Assembly (NCBI GenBank): GCA_013239625.1
Contig: MU053431.1
Coordinates: 2,818,485-2,874,684, forward strand
Source of the DNA: Lama guanicoe
Taxonomy: Eukaryota
Reading direction: 5' to 3'
DNA length: 56,200 bases
A program made the position numbers and the translations under genes. Below are positions 1-15,000 of this stretch, piece by piece. The notes under the pieces were generated by a model. That model searched no databases and was not told the DNA's origin. It saw only the letters and a list, made by a program, of their open reading frames with translations. Within the stretch, counting starts at the first letter, position 1. Every line of letters starts with the position of its first letter.

Positions 1-2780
1 TGCCCCCGAACTCCCCACCTGCAGGTGTGGGCAAGGCCATGCCACAGGTGCGAACGGGGTGACCCACCATCCGGTTTGCCCAGGACTCTCAGAGCTGACG
101 CGGGCAGAGCAGGCAGTGGGTCCTCCGGCAGCTGAGGAGTGGCAGGGGTGGCGCTGGCTCTGGGGGCCCCAAGGCCTCAGGGCTGGCTTGGCTGGGTCAG
201 GGCCCGCAGGTCCACAGGAAGCAGATCTGCCCTGAGTTACCTGCGGGCCACAAACACCTGGATGCTCACCCCACATCTGGCCCAAGATTCGGTTGCTCCT
301 CTTCGGACCTCACCCCAGCTGCCCCAGAGCATCTGTTCAGCCACAGAGGAGGGGCCTCACTGACCTTCAGAGGGGACGGCCCACCAGCTGCTTGGTGTAA
401 TAGGGCTGCGGCTTGTTTATTTAATTTATACAATAAAACTGTAACAAGTACTGAATCAGAAATGCAAAACACATGGTTGCTGGTACTGCGAATGCTGCCC
501 ACTAAATGGGAGGGCGGTAAAGGAGTATTTTTCCTTCTGAGGATCCAGGAATTTGCCTGTGATCACACGAATGCAGTGCTGTTATGGATTTAGCAAGGAT
601 CCTGCTGAAAGGGATTGGAAGTGAATTGTGCTGCATTTGCAAATGGTTCAAATCAAGATCAGCATTTTTCAAGTTAACTGGGAAAAATGATTTTCCTCTT
701 CCTAATGTGCTGTCAACTTTGCCTTTAAAAAAGCAAGATTTCTGCAGCCAAGTGGAGAATGTGACTGTCAGAAGCAGTTCAGCATTTACAGGATGGGTGA
801 AGTTTCCAGTGGCTCCATGGCCAGGAGAGGAGGCTGCCCAATTGCTGCCTCCATTTTATGGGGCTTCCTACAGCCATAAACCTAATCTGTGTTTATAATT
901 GACTACTGTCTTTAAACAAGTGCAGACCACAGCAGACACTTTAATAGGTGCTTCAGGTCCTGCTGCGGACAGGATGTCATTAGCATGCACGAGCTGTGAT
1001 TTTGGAGGGGTTGGTGGAGGAAGAGCTCCCTTTTACGCCGTCTTGTGTCTGCACCATTTAAGATTGAGCCAGGTCAGCATTTTGTGGTAAATCCTTTTGG
1101 CCACCACCAAATAACTGACCATGAGAGTCAATGGAGGTTCCAGAGCTTAATGTGCATTGTCTGTGGGAGGCCCCCAGCTGTCCCTGGCCATGCTGACACC
1201 TGACCGCGCAGAGATATGCCTCTGACCTGGGGCCCTGGGTTCACCTGGGAGCGTAGTAGCCGCCCGACTTGGGTCCCCACACACGTCTTAACGTGAGGCC
1301 ACCTGACAGCTCTGAAGACTTGGACCTACCTGGGGTCCAAGTGGAGTAAAAGAGAGAGAGGCCGTTCCTGCCCACACACCTGAAACATCGTGGATGCAGT
1401 TCCCGGGAGACAGAAGCAGCCCCTCCTGAGGTGGAGGGCCAGGGCTTTGCAAAGAAACTGAAGAAAGTGGGAAGAAAGAATTTAGATTCACCTGCGTTGT
1501 AAATGAGATGCTGCCTCTCAATTTGGCCTTTTGATCTTGTGATGTCAGGCCTCACAGGCACCTCAGAGTGCCAGTCCCAGGGTTCCCCTGAGACCCCACA
1601 GTTGGGAATTGTCCAGGTTTGGGGGAATGGACACAGAATGGACCCTCCCCACAGCCACTGCAGGGCCTCAGCAGTGACACTGCTCTGGACTGGCGTCTAA
1701 GGTGACCGGGGGCTGGCTCAGTGGACACCCTGACATCTGGGGCCCACCTGGATGGGATGAGTGCCCAGGGGCCCACGAGGACAGTCCTGGCAGAGGAGCC
1801 TGGGAATGTGTCCGCAGCGGCCACCTCTGAGATGAGGCCAGAGTGCAGGGGCCCCCAGGCCACATGGCCTGTTCCCCAACTCTGCTGCCCTTCTGAGGGC
1901 TTCCTGCCTCTGACTTCTCTGTACCCCAGGGACCTCTCTGTAAACGGGTCCTGTGAGTTTGCTGGGTCTGTGGCATGTGGAAAGTGGGTGACAAGCAGCC
2001 TGGTTTATTGGAAGAAGGAGATGGAACCAGCAGGTGGAGGGGCTCATCCTCTGGCTGTGAGGATAGACCCCCAGAGCCCTCTCCTTGTCCTGTTCTCTGA
2101 CTGCATGGATTCCAGCGGCGGCACGAGGGGCTCACATCACCTCACCTGCTCCTGGGGCGCTTGTTGCCTCTGCAAAGGATTTACTTCCTTTCCTCGAGCA
2201 ACCCGAACAGAGGAAATGCTGCTCCAGGGGCCTTGGACAGGAGTTGCCAGGGGCAGTCGGAGCTCTGTGGACAACCGACCTTCCAGCCAGGATACACATT
2301 CCAGATGCAGTCAAGTTGGGACATCATGGGCATCATGCCACGGCCAGCCTCACTCTGGGATGCTGTGGGGTGATGGGGACCCTGCTGTCCCCAAGCTTCC
2401 TGTGACCCCCAGGTCCCCTAGGCCCCGTGCTCAGTGCAAGCTCCCAGCAAGTGGCCTCTGGGGTAATACAGAAGCGATGCTGGCAGCAAGGTCTAGGTGT
2501 GGACCTAGAGGCCACCAAGAGCCAGCCCCAGGCCCCAGGGGTCACCGTTGCAGGGGGTGGGGAGAGAGGGTGGCTGCTGGCCTTCTTGCTGTGCAGTGGA
2601 CACGAAGCCAAGACTAGAGGGGAACCACGATCCCTGCTGCCCTCACCTCTGGTCGGGAAGGCCCAGGTTCTCCTCCAACACTAGGAGATTAGCCAGGAGC
2701 TCCCGGAGTGTCTCAGGGTCTGGCTTGGGAGGGTCTCTGGGCTTCTCCTCCCACCTCCGGCACCTTGTGCTCACCTCTGA

Positions 2781-3017
<237 letters not shown>

Positions 3018-3981
3018 TAACTACCCTCTCCGCCATCCACGAGGGACCCCAGCTTTGGGCTGGGGCAGGGCTCCCAGGGAGGGAAACTGAGGTCAGGTGT
3101 GAACCGTAGTTTCTCGAGGGAAAAGGAAGACCCAGTTGGTAGCCAACTGGAGGAAGCCATAGAGAGTCTGTGGGACCACCTGAAGGCTATGGGACTTGCC
3201 AGTGCAGGTGTCTCCTGTCCTCAGACCCCTTCTACATCCCTCTGGCAAGAGCGAGGCCAGCAGGCTGCCTCCTGAAAAGCATTGTCACAGCTCATGCCCT
3301 GCCCCTCCCGCTGGAACCTCCTCTTTGAAGTTTGGGCCTAGGCCTCTGCCTGCTTTACAAGGGCCCCCTCCTGCCCAGGCAGTGGGCCTGCCCCTGACAC
3401 CGCCCCGGTCCTCTTCCTCTCTGTGCCAGGAAGCCAGGGTGAACGGAGTCACCACCTGGTCCCATCGGGAGCCTCATTTTTCTATTTTATTTTTTTGCTG
3501 TTGTTTCTCCATCTACACGATTAATTAGCTCATTCATTCCATAAACCAATACAGATAGTTCATCAAAGACCAGTCTCTGGAGGTAGTCTCTGGAGAACAA
3601 GACTGGCCACCAGCCCTCCTGGAGTTGATTTGGGCGGAGCGGCAGGGGAGCCAGACTGCAAACAACAGATACACTTAATACAAGTTTGGTGAAGGATGGT
3701 TGCACCGGGGGATGTAGTGGCAGGGAGTGGGTGAGGAGGTCCTTTCAGAGGAGGCGAGGCACCGTCTGGGGGATGAGCCATCGAAGTGACGTCTAAGAGC
3801 AGTGGCCTGAGCTGAGAATGGTCTGGGCTTATGGAGGGGTGAGGAGGATGGAGGGCTGGAGCTGGGGAGAGAGGGGCACAGTTCCAAACAGGACCCTACC
3901 TGGCTGCCAGCTAAACCTGGTTCTCACTGTTACATGTGACCTCAGATGGCCTCTGGTGCATGACCTCGAGCTGGCTTTTGA

Positions 3982-4128
<147 letters not shown>

Positions 4129-4602
4129 TGATTGAGTGAGCAGTACCAGTGGGCGGGGGTAGGTGGCTAAGCCCCACGTGGAAAGAGTCTTGGTGAAGGC
4201 TGAGTCCTCGAGCTGAGCCAGTGGCTCTTCTGACCTGGGCTCAGAGCTTCTGGTTGCCTTGTGCCTGAGAGTGGCCGTGACTGCTCTGACCTGGGTGTTG
4301 GTGAGTGTTGGCACCAGAGAGCCCTGCCAGCAGCACTGGAAACCGCGTTCTCAAGATGTATGGATTTGCAAACCCGCTTAGGCTCAATGAAGAGGGAAGC
4401 TGAGGAAATTCAGCCTCATCTGGAAGAACTTCCATTTTTATCTTAGCAATTAATATCTGCCAAAGAAGTGTGTCTTCTCCCACGTAAGACCCAGGGCCAG
4501 GAGGCAAACAGCTGACACATGGCCAGTAGTCCCCAAGGCCGACTTTCCCATCATGGAACGTGGGACACCAGCTGGGTGTCTCTGCTTGGACGGGGTCCCT
4601 AG

Positions 4603-5115
<513 letters not shown>

Positions 5116-6757
5116 TGAACACAGTGAGTTCAGGCGTCCCAGCCAGAAAGAGCACTGCTGCCAAGTGATGGGGTGACAAACTGCCCTAAGTGTGTGCGTC
5201 ATGTCTCACTCATTTCCCCAAAATGAATATTTGCAATGAGAAAAAAAACAGTAAAGGTCTTATTTTAAAAAGAAGACCATGTCCCTCCCTTGGCTGCTGA
5301 GTGGGGGCTGGAGCGGCCACACGTAGCTGTGTCCCCTATGGCTGGAAAGACAGAGGGATAAAGAGGTGACCTGGCGCCGCAGGGTCAGAGGGCAGAGGGG
5401 AGAGTGGGAGGTGTGAGGCACTGGGCCCCGCGTGCTGCTCCTTCCCCATCGGCAGGCTTGCACGCTAACCTCCTATTGGTCATACACTGGCAGAAAAGCA
5501 GCATCAGCCTGGAAAGGTCGGGATGGGTTTCATCCCGCCATGCTGCATCTTCCCCGGGGTTTCCGGGCAATGGAGGCAGAGAAGGCGTACAGGGACTGTC
5601 TCTGGGCACCGAGACACCTCACGGGCGGCTGTCACCCCCGTCCCTCCCTGCTTCTTTCCTTCTCAAAGTCCAAGGGCCCTCCCAGAGCCAATAGCCTTGG
5701 GAAGCACCACTGATTTCTCTTGGTTTGCCAATGCCTACCTCGTTCATAGACAGACTACTCACTATTCAGCGTCCTTTCGGAAGGACGGAGGGGTCTGGAG
5801 TTGAGTGCTCTGCAGAAGGGTTCATGCAAAGACAGCGTAGCTCCCCAACCCTACTCAATCCTTTTAAAGCCAAAGGCTGGTCAGTCAGCGATGAAGGAGG
5901 GATGCGCCCAGCCACAGGTCACAGAGCTGCAGCCCCCTCGCAGGCGCTCACCACCCGCACCTAAGGGACGGCTCCGTGTACCACACACATTGTGTGCCTG
6001 CCTCTGCCTTCAGGTTCCCTCAAGAGGCGGTTGGGCAGGGGCTGCCTCCCAAGCGTGTCTTCTCCAGGCCAGGCCCTGGGCAGCCTTCCCAGCTGCCTTC
6101 CCCACTGTGAGCCTCTGCACAGGGTTATGTGGACCCCAAGCCAGCCAGCCCTGCCCACATGTCCTCTGCTATTCTGGTGTGGAGCCCTCAGAGCCCCTGG
6201 GAGGAGGAGCTCCTGGGCTTCTGCCTGGGACTCTCTCCTGGCATTCTGCTGGGTCCAGAGGAACAGGGTTTGTGCTGGAAACCCTAGGATGCCCCCAGGG
6301 AGCTGGGGAAGCCGTCGGCCAGGCCTGTCCAGCTGCAAGCTGCAGAGAGAGAGGCAGACCTGCTCCACTTGCCTCCACAATGTTTTGGTCTTTCTGGTGC
6401 GGGAAACCCCGCAGGCCGGTGGTCACCCTGGGGTGGGTGTGTTCCCATCACAGAAGAGGAGTAGGGAGGACGGCCGGACTGGTGGCACAGCCAAGCGGCA
6501 CCTCGGTCTGTGCTCCTCTCCACCCCATAGGACCCATGAGGCACAGAAGGCTGTGGCCCTGCAGCCCCTGGCTCAGTCTCTGCATCGCCTCCTCTACTCA
6601 GGGCCCAGGCCAGCCCCTCACTTGCAGCAGGACCCCCAGGGGGGCAGGGTCCCTGCCTCCACACCCTCTCACAGAGACGTGAGGTGTGGCCAGCGGCGTG
6701 GCTGGCGTGCTCCCAGCAGGGCGTGCCAGGAGGCAGCTGCCTTCTCTGTTTGCGCAG

Positions 6758-6901
6758 ATCTTGTCCATGGAGAAGAGCCTGAAGACCATCGAGGAGGAGA
6801 ACAGGCTCATTGAGGAGCAGAATGAGGCCCTGTTTCTGGAGCTGTCGGGCCTGAGCCGAGCCCTCATCCGAAGTCTCGCCAACATCCGCCTTCCGCACAT
6901 G
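6758..6901 (+). CDS. MYT1: MYT1 penultimate coding exon ([48 protein letters not shown])
   Basis: Acceptor ctgtttgcgcag|, donor |gtgagc; 144 nt, phase 0-0. Confidence 0.95.
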
Positions 6902-7228
6902 GTGAGCAGCAAGTGGCCCTGCGGGCACCACAGCTGAGCTGGTACCTGCCCCCGGGGCTCCAGGAGGACGAGGAGGGTGGGGCGCTCCCCTGCCTCTGGG
7001 GTCCTGGTGGAAGGCCCCGGCCCAGGAGTTCTGCTTGGGCGGGCCACATGGCTGGCCTGTGCCCCTGGGTGTTCCAGCCCGAGGGCCGCCCAGGGGATGC
7101 CCAGGCTAGTCTCCGGGGGCGTGGGCATGTGGGTCTGAGGCTCACCCACCGATTTCTATTTCCTTTGCTTCTGAAAACCACACGCCCGCGGCATGGACGG
7201 GCCTTGCGAAACTGCTTCTGTTCTCTAG

Positions 7229-7369
7229 GAGCCAATATGCGAGCAGAATTTTGACGCCTACGTAAGCACCCTTACCGACATGTACTCCAACCAGGAGTGC
7301 TACCAGAACCCGGAGAACAAGGACCTCCTGGAGAGCATCAAGCAGGCTGTGAGGGGGATCCAGGTCTAG
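7229..7369 (+). CDS. MYT1: MYT1 final coding exon ([46 protein letters not shown])
   Basis: Acceptor ttctgttctctag|; TAG at 7367-7369; C-terminus recognisable as MYT1. Confidence 0.96.
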   Translation, partial: EPICEQNFDAYVSTLTDMYSNQECYQNPENKDLLESIKQAVRGIQV

Positions 7370-9040
7370 GCCTCCCTGTTCGGGGAGCCACCATGCTGAC
7401 CCCGGGGCGCCGGGCACCCACTCAGCTCCACTGTTTACCTCCCTTGCCCGGCCCTCCCGGTGGAGATTTCCAACTTACAGTGACTCCTAGCTGGCAGCCC
7501 CGGGCAGCCTCGGTGGCCACCCGGAGGGGCTGGGCCTGGAAAGCCGTATCTTCCTCGATGCGATGCGCTTTGCCAGGCCAGAGCCTGGGCCTCTCCACGC
7601 AAGTGCAGGTGCACGAAGGGTTACAAGTGATTTGTTTTTGCTTCTGGAGTCTCCAGTGGAAGCTCATGGACAAGGTTCTCAGGGAAGTTTTGGAGTTCGC
7701 AACCACAGTATTGCTTTGTCTGTCGAGGCGGGAGGGCAGCCGTGGGCCGGGGCGGGTCGTGCGTGTGTCATGTCAGCCTGGAGCGTGCCCGTGTGCCTGC
7801 TTGGTGCAGCCACTGTGGCAAGTGTGTTTTCTGTTGTCCTTTAATTCAGTTTTATGTTAAGGATGGAAAAAAGCAACGTTCCAGAGGGTAGGTTAGGAAT
7901 ATGCCTGCAGCCCACTGTCAGCTCAAGGAAGCTAACCTGGGACCCTTGAAAGTTCCGACCGGAAGCTCCTCTGTCTGGGTGCTGTGGCCTGAGCCCATAC
8001 AGACACTGCGGCCTGGGGTCATGCTCCCTCTTGAGGTCTGGGTCAGGGCCGGGGCCTCTGGCTCTGCATGCGCCCGCCCAGACCCAGACCCAGACCCATC
8101 ACTGCCGCGTGCCCCGGGTCACAGCTGAGCAAGGTCAGGGGGAAATCCCTAATTGGAGACCACCAAGGGCTCTCTTCTTTTTAGATCCATTCAAGATTCG
8201 AAAGAAGGTAAATTTTAATTTAATGTGTTAAAAACACGATGTTCTTAACATGTAAATAGAGTCCAAATCAATTGTGACTGCAATTCCAAGTTAGTATTTA
8301 AAAGTAGAGAAATTGCACTTCCTGGAAGAAATAAGAAAGTAGTTAGTTTAATTATTCTGTAAATTATTTAATTTTGTCAAAATGTAAGTATTTATATTCA
8401 CAACCTCTTATGTTAACATTTGCTATTTATTTGACATTTTTATTTATTAATTTTGTACTATTTTACCTAGACCCACACCAGGACGCATGAGAGGAAAATA
8501 AATGAAATCAAAGCAAAATTACCCATCGGACTATGAGATAGGCCACAAAAAAGTCTCGCTGTAACTTCTAGTTACAATTTTAATGCAACCAAGTTATTTT
8601 TTATATATTTTGTTATTTATTATTTTAATAACGGAATTGTGAAAAAGTATTTTGTAACTGAGGAGGTTTGATAATTTGGGGACACTCTCCCCTGGTCCAC
8701 TGGAAAGAGGGACTTTCTGGTTTTCTTTGCCCCTTTGGCTCCTTCTGTTCCAGGCACGGACAACAGCAAACAGAATCTGTATTTATTGTTTATTTAAGTG
8801 TAGTGCAGATGTGTGTGCCCTGGCGTGTTTCCCGTGTTGCGTCTGTGTGCAGGTTCTCGGTGGCCGAGTCTTGTTGCTGTGGGGGCGCGGGCCCAGGCCG
8901 CCTGCCCTCCGGCCCCTTTCCTTCGACAGCTCTGATACTGTGACCCTCCTTCCTCAGGAAACACATGGAACCCACAGCACAGCACTTCTCAGTGTGTTTG
9001 CAGGGTGATTTCCTAATAAAAGTCCACTCTGACTGTGAGC
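7370..9040 (+). other. MYT1: MYT1 3' UTR with AU-rich core (~8200-8660); candidate polyA signals AATAAA at 8497-8502 and 9015-9020
   Basis: Follows the stop codon. AATAAA at 9015 is followed by GT-rich sequence; the cleavage site is inferred. Confidence 0.7.
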
Positions 9041-12000
9041 GGGAGCTTGTCTGTGGTGAGGACACCGTCTCTGTCCCGATGGCTCTGATGAGTCACCTTC
9101 CTGGGGACTGGGTGGTGGGTGGACTCCTCCATCTCAGGCCTCTCCCTGATGCCACATCTCCTCTGTGGAACCCACATCTCCTCCGTGGAACTGCCCTTTC
9201 CCCTGAGGTCTAAGTCGCAGACCGGGCATGTTTAAATCAGAGTTTTCCGGGGTCAGAGAGAAGTCTTTCTGCTGGGGTTGTCAGTGTGTGGGGCGTGAAG
9301 CGGGGGCTGCCCCAAGTCCTCTCTCCTAGCCACAGGAGGAAGCTACCTGCAGGAGGAGAGTTTGGACAATCTGGAGAGAGGCAGAGCTGAGCAATAGAGA
9401 GAGAAAGGTAGAAGTGAGAGGGGGAGGAAGAGAGCGCTCTCCAATGGCCTTTGCAGAGCTCCTGGATTCAGCCGTACCTGAAGGTATCTTACACTTTTGT
9501 GTCAGGTAGGGCTTTATCTCTCCCAGGTGAAACTTAGGTTTGGGCTTCTAGTCACTTCAGCCTGAACTGTCAACACACTTTGACTTCCCTGGGAATGCGG
9601 CCCTTGAGGCTAACCTGGAGTTTCCATCTGACATGTGAATGAAGGAAAATTCTTAGAAATTCTGGGCCTCATTTCCAGCTGCTATCTGGGTTGTACCCAG
9701 TCATGCTGGCACACAAGTGCTGGGATGTGGGCAATACCAACCCTGCAGTGTCCCCTCTGCAAGCTGAGGTGACACCATTCTGGGGAGCCGCTTGAGGCCC
9801 CTGCTCTGGCTGCCTGGAGAAGAGGTAGAAGAGGCCAGGGCTGGGAGAGAACAAGATGCTCAGAGTGAATCGCCACATCCGTCTCTGCGTGGGACCTCCT
9901 GCCTTCACCCTCTCCTGGGGTCTCTGCCCTGTTTCCTCTGAAGATTCACTTGGCCTCTCGCCCTTTCTGACACCGAAACAGTACATGTTGAGGGAGCCTG
10001 GTACACCTGCACCAGCTCAGCCAGAAGCCCCCCTCCCCCCCCAGTGCACGCAGCACGGCGTCAGGACTCATTTTCAAGGCTGCCAGGTAATTCCCAAGAG
10101 CAGCCATGCTGAGAGGCACGGATGCCTGGGAAAGTGACGGCTGGTGCAAGTGTGCTTGCCTGGCTGGTCTAAAGAACCACAAGAGTAACATGGGTGGGAA
10201 GAGGGCCCTAGAGGTCAGCTTCAAGTGCAGGTGAGTGTGCAGGTGGTGAGGGAACCGAGAGGCTTTGGAAGGTAGGCATGAGGTGGTGCAGGGCCCCCTC
10301 CACGGGCCACATCTCAGGGAAGACCTCTGTTCATGGTTGGGGACAGGTGGGCAACGGCCGAGAGAGCTGCCCTGGGAGAGACAGTTCCAACCCAATCCCA
10401 GGTTGGCCCTGGGCAGGGCTCCAACCAGGATGGACTCAGCCTTGCCCTTAACAGATGTGTGTGGGCTGCGCTCCCTGTGGAGGGCCATCTGCTGTGGGAT
10501 TTGGAAGATGTCTCAGGGAGACCATGTTTGGGATGTGGCTGGTGGTCATGGGAGAAGGGACATCCTAGAGTGGACACGCTATGCTGGTGTGAAGGACCTT
10601 GATGTTGAAGAACTATGAGCTCTAAGGAGGTTGCTCTGATCTGATAAGAACTTGAGGTTTTCCAGATTCTGTCCTCTGGCTCGAGGATTCTGGGAGGTAC
10701 AAGGGAGCCTGGCCTCAGAGTTCTGGGCCCTCAGTACCTCCATGAGAAGCTTCCATCTGCCACGACGTCCTGGGCTTTTGAGGGTTTGTCCTCTGTGGGG
10801 TCAGCAGACCTGAGCTGGAACTGGCTCTGCATTTACCAGCTGGTGTCTTAGTCATGCTGTGGACGGAGGGACCCCTGCAGCCCCTCTGGCTTCAAGATGA
10901 CGCGGCGTTACTGTGACGTCAGAAGGCTGCACAGTCCTGCAGTCTGATGATGACACCAGTTGTTTGCCCCCCAGGAGACGCTCCCACGTCCTGCTTGGAG
11001 GGTCTTCTTCAGCTGCCAGCCTCCTGGGGTCCAGGGTAGGGGCAGGATCTTGGTGTCATAGGCAGACGCTCTCTTAGGACTTATTTGTGGTTTGGGAACC
11101 TCACTGGGTCTTCTCTCCCAGCCTGCAGACCCTTCTTTTACTCTCCAGAGACTAAAACTCAAAGCTTTATCCAGAGGGAGGGGAGTGTTCCCCGGCTCTC
11201 AGAGTCAGGACAGGGGTCTTGAGAATCTTCTGACTTCATAGACATACTTTCCACCAGTCATTCTTGATACAGGCCCCCTCTTCTACCTCCAGCAGAACCT
11301 GAACTTGCCAGTCCCCGGGGGTTCTGAGGTGCGGACTGCCTCCGTCTGGAGCTTCCCACACTCTGGCTGTAATTCCGGTTTTGGGTCTGCTGAGTCATTC
11401 ATTGTGTATCTGTGTGTTTTCTGGCTCCTAATCACATTGTTGTCTCTTCCTCCATCTTCCCATCCCTGTCAACTTACACCCTAAAAGCTGTCACTTTAGC
11501 CAGGTTTTGAAAGGGCGCCAAGGTAGATGGGTGTTTATACCTGCACGCCTCACCTGGACCCACAGGTAATGACCCCCGGGGATGAGCACTTGACTGTGTG
11601 TGGATGCTGCGTCGGTGCCACCCCATGGGTGCAGGAGAAACTAACCACTGTGTCCCTAAGGCTATTGGGTAGAGGCTGTGTCAGCTGTGGCTGGGGGAGT
11701 CCCCTAACCGTCAGTAGACTCCCAACCTGGTGGTATAGCCAGCATCTCTTCCAGGCGTTACAGGCCTGTCCTTTCTCTTTGCTCCTCCTTCAGTTAAGGA
11801 GGTGGAGTGTTGGCTTCTCCAACAGAACCCCAGTCCCCACCTCAGCAAAGTGGCAATCAGATGAAAACACACAGGAGTGCCCTTTTCTGTGGGCCCAGGT
11901 GATCTGTGATTGTGGGAACCCTTCAGAGCTGGGCAGCTGACCTGTGGTAGAGCCCCTGTAGCCTTCACTGCACCCCAGCCTCCTACCCGTCCCCACTTTC

Positions 12001-15000
12001 CCCTCACGGAGTTCCTGCCTCTCCCTTTCCTCTCAGGGTCTACAGCATGCCGGCCTCTGGCTTCTGTTCTTCTGGAGCCTTTTACGGACCCCCTCCTCCC
12101 CTCCCCTTCTGGGTCTTCCTCCCAACTGGCCCCCGCATGCTCCCTGGAGGCTGCCCCTGCGCACATCCTGGCCTCTCCACTCCCTTTCTTATCCCGTCTG
12201 CAGCTCGTGTGTGCCCACAGTGTCCCAAGCCTGCCTCTACCAGTTTGAGCACCTTCTGGGTCTCCACTTGGATGCCCCGCAGGCCTCGGGACACTGCTCA
12301 GGGTCCCCCAGAGGACTGGCTCTGTAGCTGGGACACACCCTCAGGTGACCACGAGCATCCACTGGCTGGTCCCAGCCTGACTCACCCAGATGAGGGGATC
12401 AGGCCATGTGCAAGCCACCAAGAGAGGCCACAGCTGTGCCGTGTGGGTGTGAATGCCGTGTAGAACACCAGCCTAGGGGTGTGTATGCCCCAGATGGGGC
12501 TACCCATGTGCAGAAGCACAGACATTCATTTGAGCCATATGTGGATCTGTGCAGGGTTACATGTGTGACAGCACAGCCATGCCCTGCCCACCACAGGGGA
12601 CCGTGTGGACACGGTGACTCCTGAGCTCCACGGGAGCCTCTCCTGCTAGCCGAGGTGTCTACATTGGGTTGTTCTGGCCCCAACCCTGGCAGCTTCTTGA
12701 GCCAGGGGAGGTCTTGGGGGACACACTTGGAGCCCCACAGAGCTGGAGGAGGCCGCACAGGCTCAGCCCCATGGGGCCGTCCCCGAGCACCCATCACTTC
12801 CAGGACGAGGGACCTTGTGGGAGGCTCCAACAGATCAGCCCTGCTTCTCTCACTGGCCCCCAGGGGGTTGAGGAGGAAAGGACAGCCCCCTCCCCTCATC
12901 CTGCCCATAAACATCTCCTTGGCGAGCCCGCTTATCTCTGCTCTAAGGAGACCTTCTGCCAAATTAGATACACTTCTGCCAGTTTCTTTCACACACTGTC
13001 AAAAATGTTTTCCTTATCTTTAGTTCTGACACGGCTCTCTCTGTAGAAGTTGTCAAAACAGCAGAGGAGAAACCTGGTGGTGTTTATGACTAAAGACAGT
13101 GAGGAATCCACCCAAGGTCCACCTGCCACATCGTGAAGACCAAGCAGAAGGGCTTGCAAGGCCCACATTGTGTCCCCTGGGCCACTGCCTAAGACTCCCA
13201 ACCAGAGGTTGATAATTCGGGACCCCACCAGCTACCAAAACTAGAAGGGCTCAGTCACAGCTGAGTCACCTCACACAAAGCCCTGCCTGGCTGATTCCTG
13301 AGCAGGTGTAGGAGAGAAGTGATGACTGGCAGTTCCTAGGTGGCCCTGAGCCCTTTGGTCTCACGTGGGCTTCTCCAACCTCTCACTCTGTGGTGCAGGC
13401 ACTAGAAATGTCCCCATCATACAGATGAGGAGGCTGAGGCCAAGGACGCTGCTCAGGGGCCCCAGAGGACTGGCTTTGCAGCCAGGATCTCCCGCAGGCC
13501 TCTAGTCCTGGGAGTCTGCCCTCCTCAGGAAGAGGAAGGAGGTGTCAGCTTGGCCAGACCCCACAGAGTAGTCAGGCCCAGTGGATGCTGAGGAGCCAGG
13601 GGAGAGGGAGCTTCTGTGGCCCTGAGGCCAGCAGGAGGGGAGGGGAGGGGCTCCATGGAGAGGCCGACCCTGCAGCTGGTTGCCCCAGACTTGGGAGAGT
13701 TGGCCAGGCAGATGCCACTGCTTCCTGGGATGCTCTGACCACTCACCAGGGTACGTAGGCCTGGCTAGAGACCCCGCAGTCTCCTTTGGGTGGAAGTAGA
13801 CCCTCTGGTGTTCCTCTGGCTCCTCCTGACTGTAGGTGGAGCAGGGGGACCCATCATCAGGCCAGAGTGGGGAGACCGTGGCTTTGTTAGGCAGGAGGAG
13901 GGCCCGGAGGACAAGCTGCGTGTTAGGAAGATCTGGCTGTGTCCCCCAGCACCTTGGCTGGGGCAGCCCACAGACGGGAGCCACACCTGGCAGGAGCCCC
14001 AGCAGTTGTGAAGTTCCTGAACCTGCTTGGAGTGTTTAGCACAGGACCCCCAGCCTAACCCTCCCTGACAGATGGCTCCATGGTGGACTCTAGACCCAGC
14101 ACTCACCCTCCGGTCCCTCCTTCCAGGGAACTGGAGCTCCCGAGAGAAAAGCAGTCAGTGCTTCTGGTTTCTAAGTAACATCGATTTAAACCGTGAAGTG
14201 GCTACAACGAGAAAGCACTTGTCTCCTTTCACCTTGAGCTAATTACAGGCTGGGCCTTTTATCCAGTGTGAGGACAAGGCTACTGCAGACCAGGGTGTCT
14301 GTAATGTGGCCCCAGGCACTTGGCCACTCCACTGGCAGTGTGGGAGCCCAGCAGAAGCTGGCCTCTGTGTCTGGGGCAGAGAGAGTGAGGTAACTACAGG
14401 CGGCCCCACCTGGATGCACGAGGTCTGCGGCTACCAGACCCAGAAAATTTGCTTCCTCTTGATTTGGTTTCGAGGTTTACACACCCCACATTCTCCAATG
14501 GGAGAAGGGTGGACCAGCCACATGCCGTGCTCTTCTGTTTCTGGATCACCCTGGAGATCACATCCTTCACTGTGAGCTGACGGCAGTGGCAGCCCCCAGG
14601 CAGGCCAGATCAGCTATCAGAGTGGCCTTGTAAGCAGGAGGGCCCTGAGAGCCTGGGGAATCAGTCCAGCCCCCAAAAGCCCCGCTCCAGTTGTTCAGCA
14701 AGGATTTACCGTCACTAGAGCTGGCCATGCGTTTCCCACGGGGTGGCCAGGCTTGTGCAAGAGCCCTTTTCTAGACTCCTAAAGGCAGTGTCTTCCGATG
14801 CATACATCTGCAGTCAGAAGCGGAAAGGAGTAAGACGTGGTCCTTGCCCTGGAGCACATTTTCCAGAACACTCCTGACTGTTCTGGAGCAACCATCACAG
14901 GTACCCTCCCGGGGGGGCCCCTCGTGTTCGTACTGTTCCTGGAGAGTTCATGTCTCCCTGGCCTCATCCATGTGCTGACCCTAGGGAAGTAACCTCCCCC

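Noticed and set aside
1721..2617. 298-aa ORF in a MYT1 intron
   Set aside because: GC-rich intronic sequence with overlapping ORFs in many frames, a non-ATG start and no recognisable domain.
5801..6813. 293-aa and 273-aa overlapping ORFs
   Set aside because: Chance ORFs in a GC-rich intron; only 6758-6901, in a different frame, is MYT1 coding.
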